32,300 nt of DNA from Colwellia polaris. Lineage in GTDB: Archaea; Nanohalarchaeota; Nanosalinia; Nanosalinales; Nanosalinaceae. Where the stretch lies: contig JBLGBK010000009.1 in the NCBI GenBank assembly GCA_047617785.1, forward strand, positions 1 to 32,300. Direction: 5' to 3'. The translations under genes were made by a program, and so were the position numbers. Of the stretch, positions 15,558 through 24,920 are shown in pieces. Within the stretch, counting starts at the first letter, position 1. Each line of letters begins with the position of its first letter. The notes under the pieces were generated by a model that did not search any database, had not been told where the DNA came from, and was given only the letters and a program-made list of their open reading frames with translations.

Positions 15558-16931
15558 ATGACTGTGGAGGAAATTGTAAAAGGCGAAAAAGAGATAGACC
15601 ACAAACAATTCTACCAAGAACTCAAGCGGGTGAACGACGAACTCAACCTGCTCAGAGAAGTAAAAAGAGGAGAGAACCACGAAGGCGAACTCAACAACAT
15701 ACCGTTCGTCGCCAAAGATGCCATCGCGACCGAAGGAGTTACAACTTCCGCAGGCTCAAAGATACTGGAAAACTACAAACCTGTATTCGACGCCACAGTC
15801 ATAGAAAGATTGAAAGATGCCGGAGCACGATTCTACGGCAAAACAGAACAGGACGAATTCGGTTTCGGAACATTCTCCACAAACAACGCATTCACAACAC
15901 CAAAAAACCCGCACGACTCTGAAAGAGTAGTCGGTGGTTCAAGTGGTGGAGCAGGAGCAGTAGTCGCAGCAATAGACCAGCCGGTAATTTCACTGGGGGA
16001 ATCAACAGGAGGATCTATAACTAATCCTGCAGCATACAACGGAGTAGTAGGAATAACACCTACATATGGCCGTGTCTCACGTTACGGGCTGGTAGACTAC
16101 GCAAACAGTCTTGACAAAATAGGAATACTAACTAAAACAGTTTATGGAGCTGCAAAAGGACTACAGGTAATCGCCGGCCACGATGAAAACGATCAGACAA
16201 CAGCAGACCGTGAAGTGCCGGAATACGCAGAGAAACTGGAAGAAACGGAAGGAAAACTGGCCGTACCGGAACAGTACCTCGAACTGGATGGAGTCGAAGA
16301 AGGAGTAATGGAAAACTTCTTGGAATCAATCGAAGAACTCAAGGAGCAAGGTTACGAAGTTGAAGAAGTTGATATGCCGCTTCTCTCAGCTGATGTCGCA
16401 GTACCAGCATACTATGTGCTCGCGATGAGCGAGGCATCAACCAACTTGGCCAAGATGAGCGGTATGCGTTACGGTCTAGAATTCGATCCGGAGAACTACG
16501 AGGACTTCAACGACTACTTCTCAGAGGTCAGGACCGAAGGATTCGGTGAGGAGGCTAAACGCAGAATACTGCTAGGAACGTATACACGTCAGGCAGGATA
16601 CAGAGACCAGTACTATATCAAAGCTGCAAAGGTCCGCACCAAGATCATCAACCAGTACAAAGAAGTATTCGACGAATACGATGCAGTAATCAGTCCTTCA
16701 ATGCCGAACATCGCACCAAAGATCAAGGAAGCGGAGGAGATGAAACCTTCCGAAATATACGCTATGGACACTCTGACTGTCGGACCGAACCTGGCAGGAA
16801 TGCCGATGATCTCAGTACCGAACGGAACTTCAGAGGATATGCCGACCGGACTCCATATTGTAGGAAACCATTTCGAGGAGCAGAAAATACTTGATATCGC
16901 TTACAGCTTTGAAAGAGGTGAAAAACAATGA
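15558..16931 (+). CDS. gatA: Asp/Glu-tRNA amidotransferase subunit A
   Basis: Amidase signature AKD...GGSSGG...TGGSI, and the GatA-specific RYG...RTEGFGEEAKRRILLGT. Confidence 0.96.
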   Translation: MTVEEIVKGEKEIDHKQFYQELKRVNDELNLLREVKRGENHEGELNNIPFVAKDAIATEGVTTSAGSKILENYKPVFDATVIERLKDAGARFYGKTEQDEFGFGTFSTNNAFTTPKNPHDSERVVGGSSGGAGAVVAAIDQPVISLGESTGGSITNPAAYNGVVGITPTYGRVSRYGLVDYANSLDKIGILTKTVYGAAKGLQVIAGHDENDQTTADREVPEYAEKLEETEGKLAVPEQYLELDGVEEGVMENFLESIEELKEQGYEVEEVDMPLLSADVAVPAYYVLAMSEASTNLAKMSGMRYGLEFDPENYEDFNDYFSEVRTEGFGEEAKRRILLGTYTRQAGYRDQYYIKAAKVRTKIINQYKEVFDEYDAVISPSMPNIAPKIKEAEEMKPSEIYAMDTLTVGPNLAGMPMISVPNGTSEDMPTGLHIVGNHFEEQKILDIAYSFERGEKQ

Positions 16932-18349
16932 GCGACGAAGATGTAGACGTAATGATCGGACTGGAAACTCACGTACAGCTCGATACAAATACCAAGCTGT
17001 TCTGCGGATGTCCAAACCAGCCTGACGCAGAACCCAATACAAACGTATGTGAAACGTGCCTGGGCCATCCCGGCAGCAAGCCAAGGATGAATGAAAAAGT
17101 GGTTGAACAGGCAGTAAAGGTTTCAGAAGCACTGCAGTGCGATGTAAACCAGGATATATTCTTCTCACGGAAAACATACTTCTACCCGGACATGAGCAAG
17201 AACTACCAGATCACACAGTATGAGGTGCCGGTAGGAGAAGCAGGAGAAGTAGAGATTAAAGTCGGAGACAGAAAGAAAGATATCGGAATAACAAGACTAC
17301 ATATTGAAGAGGATCCAGCGAAGACAGAGCACGCAGGCGGATCAATCCAGCAATCAGCATATACAAAAGTAGACTACAACCGTGCAGGAACACCTCTACT
17401 GGAGATCGTTACTGATCCTGACTTTGAATCGCCGAAAGAAGCACGAGCGTACCTGAAGCAGCTTGTTCAAACGCTTGAGTATCTCGGGGTTTACAGTTCT
17501 GATTCCGAGTACGCTATCAAGTCAGACGCGAATATCTCGATCGAAGGTGGAGAAAAGGTTGAGGTAAAGAATATTACAGGGACCGCTGGGATTGAGAAAG
17601 CTCTCAGTTATGAAATAACCCGACAGAAGCAGCTGAAAAAACGTGGAAGAGATGTAGAGCAGGAAACACGTAACTACGACGCAGGACAGGAGATCACAAC
17701 CAAGCTGCGAGAGAAAGAGACAGAAGAGGACTACGGATACATCTTCGATCCTGACCTTACACGCCAGGAAATTGATCAGGAGTACAGGAAACGATTGAAG
17801 GATGAAGTACCGGAGTTACCGCATGAGAAGTTCGAACGCTTCCAAGATGAATACGGTCTATCAGAGAAAGCAGTAGAAGCCCTGATTGTAGAACCGCAGC
17901 TGGCTGACGACTTCGAGGAGCTGGCGGAAGATCATGATACTCAGATCGTTTCCTCTATTCTGACTGGTGAGATGAGAAAGGTACTGAACTACAACGACCT
18001 GACTTACACTGCATTCGACGCACCTATCAACTGGATCGGATACGTGGTTGAACTGGTTGAAGACGATAAAATCTCCGACAGGAACATGGAAATGGTTCTG
18101 CGAGAAATGGTTGACCAGGACAAGGATCCGCGTGATATTGTTGAGGAAGAAGATCTTCTGAAGGCTGAAGACGATGAAATCGATGAGTTCGTTGAACAGG
18201 TTATCGATGATAATCCAGAGGCCGTTGAGGACTACGAATCCGGTGAAGAAGGAGCAGTTAACTTCCTTGTAGGACAGGTTATGCAGAAGTCTCAAGGAAA
18301 AGCCGATCCGAAGACTGCACGTGAAAAAATCAAGGAACAGCTTGACTAA
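16928..18349 (+). CDS. gatB: Asp/Glu-tRNA amidotransferase subunit B
   Basis: IGLETHVQL, FSRKTYFYPD, RLHIEED, DYNRAGTPLLEIVT, VEVKN and a C-terminal Yqey tail. ATGA overlap with gatA. Confidence 0.97.
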   Translation: MSDEDVDVMIGLETHVQLDTNTKLFCGCPNQPDAEPNTNVCETCLGHPGSKPRMNEKVVEQAVKVSEALQCDVNQDIFFSRKTYFYPDMSKNYQITQYEVPVGEAGEVEIKVGDRKKDIGITRLHIEEDPAKTEHAGGSIQQSAYTKVDYNRAGTPLLEIVTDPDFESPKEARAYLKQLVQTLEYLGVYSSDSEYAIKSDANISIEGGEKVEVKNITGTAGIEKALSYEITRQKQLKKRGRDVEQETRNYDAGQEITTKLREKETEEDYGYIFDPDLTRQEIDQEYRKRLKDEVPELPHEKFERFQDEYGLSEKAVEALIVEPQLADDFEELAEDHDTQIVSSILTGEMRKVLNYNDLTYTAFDAPINWIGYVVELVEDDKISDRNMEMVLREMVDQDKDPRDIVEEEDLLKAEDDEIDEFVEQVIDDNPEAVEDYESGEEGAVNFLVGQVMQKSQGKADPKTAREKIKEQLD

Positions 18350-18357
18350 GACTCAGT

Positions 18358-19257
18358 ATGAAAGCAGACACCTATCTGGACGAAAAAGATTTCAACTACA
18401 CCGAGGTTGTTCAAGACAAGCCAACAAAGAGCTGTGACGATGCAGCAAAGGAACGCGGCCTAGAAACACGTCAGATAGTCAAATCACTCATAATAGAATC
18501 CGACGAGCAGAAATACCATATCCTTCTTCCTGGTGATAGAACCCTTTCTGAAAGCAAGTTCGGCGCTGAGTACCGAATGGTGCCCCCGGAAGACTCCAAG
18601 GAACTCACAGGATTTGAATCAGGAACAGTACACCCATTCTCCACAGAACTGAAACATGTAGTTGATGAAAGAATATTCGAGAACCAAGAAGTATCGCATA
18701 CAGTTGGAGAAACTCAGCGAGGCCTTATAATCGATGCTGACAATTTTAGGGAAGCGCTAGATGAGGCTAATTTCTCATTTGAGGTACGTGATATCGCTGT
18801 CTCTACAGAAAATGACTACGAAGAACTGGAGAAGAAAGGTTTAGATGAGAAACAGGCCAAGTTCGTAGTAGAGAAAGGTAACAGGAAGGCATACTTGGAT
18901 TTGGAAACTGATTACTCCAATTCAGATATTATTACGCTCTTCAAGGGGGTTGGAAGACATGAAATGGAAGTAGATACACAGTTAGCTGATAAGATACTTG
19001 ACCGAGCTGAGAACCAGACACATATACAGAGACTTGTAGAATCTTACTCAGAGGACGGAGAACTGCCTGATCAGAAGGATTTTGATATAGAAGAACAGGT
19101 CGAAGAAGTGATTGAAGATAATCCTGATGCAGTTGAAGATTACCGAAGTGGTCAGGACTCGGCTGTCAACTACTTGATTGGACAGCTTATGCAGCAGACC
19201 AACGGCCGTGCGGACGCCGGTAAGGCACAAGAACTTGTGCTGGAGGAACTTGAATGA
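18358..19257 (+). CDS. YbaK/ProX-type aminoacyl-tRNA deacylase domain fused to a GatB-like C-terminal (Yqey) domain
   Basis: N-terminus has QIVKSL (conserved Lys), LPGD and TGFESGTVHPF (GxxxP loop). C-terminus DNPDAVEDYRSG...AVNYLIGQLMQQTNGRAD matches the adjacent GatB tail. Confidence 0.85.
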   Translation: MKADTYLDEKDFNYTEVVQDKPTKSCDDAAKERGLETRQIVKSLIIESDEQKYHILLPGDRTLSESKFGAEYRMVPPEDSKELTGFESGTVHPFSTELKHVVDERIFENQEVSHTVGETQRGLIIDADNFREALDEANFSFEVRDIAVSTENDYEELEKKGLDEKQAKFVVEKGNRKAYLDLETDYSNSDIITLFKGVGRHEMEVDTQLADKILDRAENQTHIQRLVESYSEDGELPDQKDFDIEEQVEEVIEDNPDAVEDYRSGQDSAVNYLIGQLMQQTNGRADAGKAQELVLEELE

Positions 19258-19955
19258 CAGAGATAACTGAAGAGTTCGTTGAAGAACGGGTTAACAAGCT
19301 TAAGCAGGAAGATGATGTTAAAGCAGTGGCGGTGGTCGGAAGCTACGCCAGAAACCAGGATTCCGATCACAACGATCTTGATTTATTCATACTAGTTGAT
19401 GGCGATTACAGGAAACGAGAAACAGAAGAACTAGATGGTATAGTTGTTGAAAAGTTCTACAACTCACGTGAATGGTGGGATCATTACTTGGACGAAGATG
19501 ACTGGTGGAAGAACTACCACTGGTACAAGAACGCCGATGTAAGATATGATCCGGATTCAGTTTTCGAGGAACTAGAGAAGAAAGCCGAGCAAGTAAAGGA
19601 CGAGAAGCTTGATCTGTCTGAAAATGAGAGGAAGGAGATAAGCTACTATATATGGGATTTCCAGCAGGATATCGAGTCTAAGGATGTGGCTCAGAAGCGT
19701 TTCATGATGAATCAACTGTTCGAGCATCTTCTACAGAAACAGTACTATCTCAAGGATCAGGTGCCTGTTAAGAGGAACTACCGTTTGCAGAGGCTCAAAG
19801 AGTTTGACGGCTACATGTACAAGCTAGCTCAAGAATTCTTGAACTCGTCATCTACGATGAAGAAAGAGCGTAAGCTTGAGAAAATAGTTGAGCATGTTTC
19901 CCGTAATCTGCCGGAGATCAGCCCTGAATGGGAAACAGAGAAAGAAGAAAGATAA
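19254..19955 (+). CDS. Pol-beta-family nucleotidyltransferase (MNT-like domain plus helical C-terminal domain)
   Basis: VVGSYAR...HNDLDLFILV (GS, DxD) with a third acidic residue in IVVEKF. ATGA overlap with the upstream gene. Confidence 0.82.
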   Translation: MTEITEEFVEERVNKLKQEDDVKAVAVVGSYARNQDSDHNDLDLFILVDGDYRKRETEELDGIVVEKFYNSREWWDHYLDEDDWWKNYHWYKNADVRYDPDSVFEELEKKAEQVKDEKLDLSENERKEISYYIWDFQQDIESKDVAQKRFMMNQLFEHLLQKQYYLKDQVPVKRNYRLQRLKEFDGYMYKLAQEFLNSSSTMKKERKLEKIVEHVSRNLPEISPEWETEKEER

Positions 19956-19960
19956 AATTT

Positions 19961-20167
19961 TTAGTCTTCTTTTTTAGGGAACTTCAAGGCAATTTCCATC
20001 CCGCTATCATCTGAAAATACGCGGGCAAAGATTTCCTCACCGAGCGTCTGGTATACTTTCCAGTCATCACCATCGAGAGCTACTTCGCCGTCTTCTATAG
20101 AGTCGGCGATATCACGGAGGAAATCCGCTGCAGCCTCATCATCCATCCGGAACTGCTTGTCAACCAT
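19961..20167 (-). CDS. Amphi-Trp-like small protein
   Basis: Amphipathic helix EAAADFLRDIADSIEDG. The final strand MEIALKF has Phe where the family usually has Trp. Confidence 0.65.
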   Translation of the reverse strand: MVDKQFRMDDEAAADFLRDIADSIEDGEVALDGDDWKVYQTLGEEIFARVFSDDSGMEIALKFPKKED

Positions 20168-20181
20168 TGCTGATCAACTTT

Positions 20182-21411
20182 TTACGCAAACATTTCGTTT
20201 GGATGTTTTGCTTCGTCAGCTAGGAAGTCCTTCTCCATTCCAACGTTTCCTTCCTTCAAGTCCTGTACTGCTTCAATGAAGTCTTCAAGGCTTACCTTGG
20301 CAGTACTCATGTCTTCAGAGTTGTCAAGTGCATTGATTGCTGCCTGCTTGACAATCTGCTTGATATCTCTTCCTGTGAATCCTTCCTCAAACTCTTCGAC
20401 AACTGCGTCGAAGTTGATTCCGTCTTCAAGGTCAAGCTGTCTTGTGTGTACCTTGAGGATCTGCTTCTTGGCTTCGTGATCCGGTACAGGGACTTCAAGT
20501 GCGGAGCATCTGTTCAGGATTGCTGGATCCATTACATCTGGTTTGTTGGTTGCGAATATACTGATTACGTTCGAGTTCTTGCCCGTATCCAGTCCGTCAA
20601 GTTCGGATAGGAGTTGGCTCATCGTACGTTCTACTTCTTCGCCACCGTGTCTTCTATCATCGAGTCGTTTCTTGGCGATTGCGTCGATTTCATCGATGAA
20701 GACGATTGCTGGCTTGTCGCTTTCACGGGCCTGTTCGTAGAGTCTTTTGACTTTCTTGGCTCCTTCTCCAATAAATTTCTCTACGAGCTGTGGTCCGTTG
20801 ATCATGAACATGTCAGCGTCGTATTCGTTGCTGACCGCTTTGACCATGTGTGTTTTACCTGTTCCAGGTTTTCCTACTAGTAGTATACTTTTGTCGAGGT
20901 CCATACCCCATTCCTGAATCTTCTCTCTTTTGTCAGCTTCTAGCTGCGCTCCTACGTTGGATCGCAGGCTTTTGATTACGTGGTCGAGTCCTCCAACGTC
21001 TGAGAAGGTTACGTCTGTGTCGATGGAGTCGAATTCTGCGTCTTTTCCTCTTTCTACAATATCTGTTACTTTGAAGCTGTTTGGATCTAGTGCAACTTCT
21101 GTTCCTGGCTGGAACTCTTCAGGGTTGTAGCCGTCTGGTACTTCGACTCCATATCGGCCTTTCATGTTTCCTGAGGCTTCAACCCATACACGATCTCCGT
21201 CAAATTCGGAGACTACTACTCCTCTGATTACAGGAGTTTTCAGGTTGGTACCGTTAGGATTGTCGTTTCCAGCGCGTTTTTTCTGCTGGAAATACTGTGG
21301 GAACTGTACTTTCTGGCTCTTCCCATCTTTCTGCTTCTCTTCTTTTTCGTTATTTTCTTCCTGTGACTTGTTATCTTCTTTAGCCTTCTCTGAGAAATCT
21401 TCTTCAGTCAT
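20182..21411 (-). CDS. Divergent proteasome-activating nucleotidase (PAN)-like AAA+ ATPase
   Basis: OB-like PGTEVALD, VTFSDVGGL, Walker A GKPGTGKT, pore loop KFIGEG, Walker B VFIDEID, EVERTMSQLLSELDG and a C-terminal MFA. The likely start is ATG 21411. Confidence 0.8.
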   Translation of the reverse strand: MTEEDFSEKAKEDNKSQEENNEKEEKQKDGKSQKVQFPQYFQQKKRAGNDNPNGTNLKTPVIRGVVVSEFDGDRVWVEASGNMKGRYGVEVPDGYNPEEFQPGTEVALDPNSFKVTDIVERGKDAEFDSIDTDVTFSDVGGLDHVIKSLRSNVGAQLEADKREKIQEWGMDLDKSILLVGKPGTGKTHMVKAVSNEYDADMFMINGPQLVEKFIGEGAKKVKRLYEQARESDKPAIVFIDEIDAIAKKRLDDRRHGGEEVERTMSQLLSELDGLDTGKNSNVISIFATNKPDVMDPAILNRCSALEVPVPDHEAKKQILKVHTRQLDLEDGINFDAVVEEFEEGFTGRDIKQIVKQAAINALDNSEDMSTAKVSLEDFIEAVQDLKEGNVGMEKDFLADEAKHPNEMFA

Positions 21412-21583
21412 TTTAACCACCCAATGAACAGCCCGGTCTAGCAGCTTTCGCAGTTTAACTATTGGGGCGTTCACTGTATCCGGAAAATGGGCTTCTTATC
21501 TTTATAAATCAATTTCAATTGGATGCCTCAAGGAAACCGTTTTTAAGCCTGCGGAAGCTAACAAAACGAAGTGAGCAAATAAA

Positions 21584-22987
21584 ATGAAACATACTAAGAT
21601 TGTATCAACTATAGGACCTGCAACCAACACAAAGAAGAAGATAGAGCAACTGGTAGACGCAGGCGTAAATGTGATACGACAGAACTACTCTCATGTAGAT
21701 CACGAAACACACGGCGAAATATTCGACCGTATCCGCGATGTATCTGAGAAAACTGCTGTAATGGCAGATACCAAAGGACCGGAAATTCGGCTTCGAGAAG
21801 TAACGGAAGATACAGTTCTACACGACGACCGGACTGTGAAACTGACAACAAAGGAAACTACAGGTACTGAAGAAAAACTATCGGTAAACTATGACAACTT
21901 CATCGAAAATATTGCAGTCGGCGACGAAGTAAGAATCGACGACGGAAAACTCGAACTGCAAGTTATCAATATAGAAGACGGAGAAGCAGAATGCAACATC
22001 ATTCACGGAGGACCTGTCTCCAGCAGAAAAGCAGTCAATGTACCAGGAAAAGACGTCGGACTCGCCGCACCAACAGAAAAAGACGTTAAAGACATCGAAT
22101 TCGCAGCAGAGAAAGGCTACGACTTCGTATCATTATCCTTCGTCAAACATGCTGAGGATGTAGAAAACGTCCGGGAGATACTAGAAGAACATGGGTCTGA
22201 CATGCACATTATCTCCAAGATCGAGCATGCAAAAGCAGTAGAAAACTTTGATGAAATACTGGATGCTTCTGACGGGATCATGGTTGCTAGAGGGGATCTA
22301 GGAGTGGAGCTTCCGCCGGCAGAACTACCGATGCTGCAGAAAGAAATGATCGAAAAATGCAATAAAGCCGGAAAACCGGTTATCACGGCTACACAGATGC
22401 TTGAATCGATGACAGAAAACCCGACAGCTACACGCGCAGAGATTTCAGACGTGGCGAACGCGGTAATGGACGGAAGCGATGCAGTCATGCTTTCAGGAGA
22501 AACAGCAATAGGCGAGTATCCAGTCAACACTGTTGAATTCATGTCCGATGTTATAGAAGAAGCAGAATCGCATATCAAGGAACAGACGCATCACACGGTC
22601 AAAGATAAGCCGCGGAACACGCGTGAAGTCATTACAAAGAATGTCTGGCAAGCATCACGCGACAGCGACGCAGACTACATTGTAGCCCATACAACCTCGG
22701 GAAGTACAGCACGTAACGTCTCTAAGCACCGACCTGAAACGCCAATAATTGCTTTCACTGATGAAGAAATAGTAGAGAGACAGCTACAGTTGGCTTGGGG
22801 AGTCAGATCTTACTATGAAGAATTCCCTGAAGCTGTAGAGGGAATGATGAAGGCTTCTGCCAAACGCATGAAAACACTTGGTTTTGCAGATGAGGGTACG
22901 GAAATGGTTCTTTCCGCCGGGATACCTACCTCTGTTACAGGAACCACCAATATGATGCAGATCAGGAAAGCAGAAGAACTACTGTAG
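21584..22987 (+). CDS. pyk: Pyruvate kinase
   Basis: TKIVSTIGPA, DTKGPEIR, IISKIE, DGIMVARGDLGVE, TATQMLESM and AVMLSGETA. Confidence 0.98.
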   Translation: MKHTKIVSTIGPATNTKKKIEQLVDAGVNVIRQNYSHVDHETHGEIFDRIRDVSEKTAVMADTKGPEIRLREVTEDTVLHDDRTVKLTTKETTGTEEKLSVNYDNFIENIAVGDEVRIDDGKLELQVINIEDGEAECNIIHGGPVSSRKAVNVPGKDVGLAAPTEKDVKDIEFAAEKGYDFVSLSFVKHAEDVENVREILEEHGSDMHIISKIEHAKAVENFDEILDASDGIMVARGDLGVELPPAELPMLQKEMIEKCNKAGKPVITATQMLESMTENPTATRAEISDVANAVMDGSDAVMLSGETAIGEYPVNTVEFMSDVIEEAESHIKEQTHHTVKDKPRNTREVITKNVWQASRDSDADYIVAHTTSGSTARNVSKHRPETPIIAFTDEEIVERQLQLAWGVRSYYEEFPEAVEGMMKASAKRMKTLGFADEGTEMVLSAGIPTSVTGTTNMMQIRKAEELL

Positions 22988-23138
22988 CACCCCTCTTTTT
23001 CCCCTCTTTACCTACGAGAGCTAGTTAGCTCTTCGATCAATTACCTCATGAATTATTACAGCGCTAAAGTCAACAAGACAAAAATTTCAACATTCAGATT
23101 ACCTGCAGGAAGCTGATTGAGAAAGATAAGGCGAGATG

Positions 23139-23213
23139 CGAGCTCGCAGGGATTTGAACCCTGGACCTAGCGGTCCGAAGCCGCTCGCTCTGTCCAAGCT
23201 GAGCTACGAGCCC
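23139..23213 (-). tRNA. tRNA-Arg(UCG), intronless, CCA not encoded
   Basis: Cloverleaf: acceptor GGGCTCG/CGAGCTC, D-arm GCTC/GAGC, anticodon arm AGCGG-CT-TCG-GA-CCGCT, T-loop GGTTCAAATCC. TATTTAA box upstream on the minus strand. Confidence 0.95.
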
Positions 23214-23304
23214 ACAGTCAAGTTGTCGTGATGGAATTCTTAAATAAGGTTTACCGGAGACCGACCCGTGGGATTATTATTCCGGCTCTCAAATTAGTTG
23301 TGTT

Positions 23305-24894
23305 ATGAGCCGTTCAGTAGCATACTTCTCAATGGAGATAGGGATAACACCAGAGATCAAAACCTTCAGCGGAGGACTAGGAATTCTAGCAGGTGACACA
23401 CTGAAGGCAGCAGCAGATCATGGGCTTGACTTCACTGCTGTAACAATGCTGTACAGAGACGGCTACTTCAAACAGGTAATTGAGGACCAAAAACAGGAAG
23501 AATTCAAACAGGACTGGAACTACCAGGAAATACTCGAAGATACAGGCAAGACCGTACATGTAAACCTGCGCGGAAGCGACATAGAGGTAAAGATCTGGAA
23601 ATACACGTGGAAAGGAGCAAAAGGAGAAATAGATATCTACTTCCTTGACACAGGGCTAGAAAGCAATAAAGAAGGAGATCAACAACTTACATCTCAGCTC
23701 TACATGGGCGGCCAAGAGACACGCCTATGCCAGGAAGCAATCCTTGGAATCGGAGGAACAAGAGCGCTACAGGAACTAGAAATAGACGTAGATTTCTTCC
23801 ACATGAACGAAGGGCACTCATCGCTTCTGACAACAGAAGCCGAAGGAGAAAAAGTATTCACAACACATACTCCCGTAGCAGCAGGACATGATACCTTCTC
23901 AAGAGAACTAGCAGAAAAAGTACTTCCAGAACCAACCTTAGACCGACTAGACTTCGGAAACACACTGAATATGACTGAGCTGGCCCTGAAACATTCCAAA
24001 TACTGCAATGGCGTATCGGATAAACATGCAGAAGTATCACGGAAAATGTTCCCTGAATACGAATTTGATGCAGTTACAAATGGAGTTCATTCGGCTACTT
24101 GGACTGCAGAGCCGTATCAGCGCCTGTATAACGACAATATTTCAAAATGGAGGATCGACCCGGCGCGATTAACAAAGGTAGCTGGTATCTCAGATAGCTC
24201 TATCTGGCAGGCGAAGAAAAGCTGTAAAGAAGAGCTTGCTAAACGAGTTGAGGAAAATACGGGGAAGAAACTTGATGAAAATGTATTCACAATAGGCTTC
24301 GCACGCAGAAGCACAGGATACAAACGACCTACATTAATATTCAAGGACGTTGAACGGTTAGAGGAGCTTGCAAATACATATAATGGTCTTCAGATTGTTT
24401 TCGGAGGAAAAGCGCATCCAGACGATCAACATGGGAAAGAACTGATTGGACAGGTTCTGAAATATTCGGAGATGTTGGAAAACGTAGATGTATACTTTAT
24501 AGAGGACTACAGTATGGAAGACTCGCTTTACATGCTAGCAGGATCTGATTTATGGCTAAATAATCCGATAAGAGGGAAAGAAGCTTCCGGCACTTCCGGA
24601 ATGAAGGCTGCACATAACGGGACTCCACAACTCTCTACGCCAGATGGCTGGTGGCTTGAAGGACATATCAAAGATATAACAGGATGGAACATAGGAGAGG
24701 ACTATGTAGAAGGAGAAGATGAAGATCGTGTAGACAGCGTTTCAATGTACGAAAAGCTAGCGCACATCCTTGCTACATACCATAACGACAGAAAGCAATG
24801 GATCAAAATTATGAAACACTGTATAACACTGAACGCATCACACTTCAACGCTGATAGAATGCTTAAAGAATACCTAGCTAAAGCATACACCTGA
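23305..24894 (+). CDS. glgP: Alpha-glucan (glycogen/maltodextrin) phosphorylase, compact form
   Basis: AYFSME, SGGLGILAGD, HMNEGH, FTTHTP, GFARR, GKAHP and the PLP-lysine motif EASGTSGMK. Confidence 0.96.
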   Translation: MSRSVAYFSMEIGITPEIKTFSGGLGILAGDTLKAAADHGLDFTAVTMLYRDGYFKQVIEDQKQEEFKQDWNYQEILEDTGKTVHVNLRGSDIEVKIWKYTWKGAKGEIDIYFLDTGLESNKEGDQQLTSQLYMGGQETRLCQEAILGIGGTRALQELEIDVDFFHMNEGHSSLLTTEAEGEKVFTTHTPVAAGHDTFSRELAEKVLPEPTLDRLDFGNTLNMTELALKHSKYCNGVSDKHAEVSRKMFPEYEFDAVTNGVHSATWTAEPYQRLYNDNISKWRIDPARLTKVAGISDSSIWQAKKSCKEELAKRVEENTGKKLDENVFTIGFARRSTGYKRPTLIFKDVERLEELANTYNGLQIVFGGKAHPDDQHGKELIGQVLKYSEMLENVDVYFIEDYSMEDSLYMLAGSDLWLNNPIRGKEASGTSGMKAAHNGTPQLSTPDGWWLEGHIKDITGWNIGEDYVEGEDEDRVDSVSMYEKLAHILATYHNDRKQWIKIMKHCITLNASHFNADRMLKEYLAKAYT

Positions 24895-24920
24895 GAAAAA
24901 TCCGGTAAATGATGAGTGCG

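Noticed and set aside
19254-20167. MNT-HEPN toxin-antitoxin pair
   Set aside because: The neighbouring small gene is convergent and amphi-Trp-like, with no RxxxxH HEPN motif.
22988-23304. tRNA-Arg as the attachment site of an integrated element
   Set aside because: No integrase and no duplicated tRNA 3' end were noticed, and the flanking genes are housekeeping.
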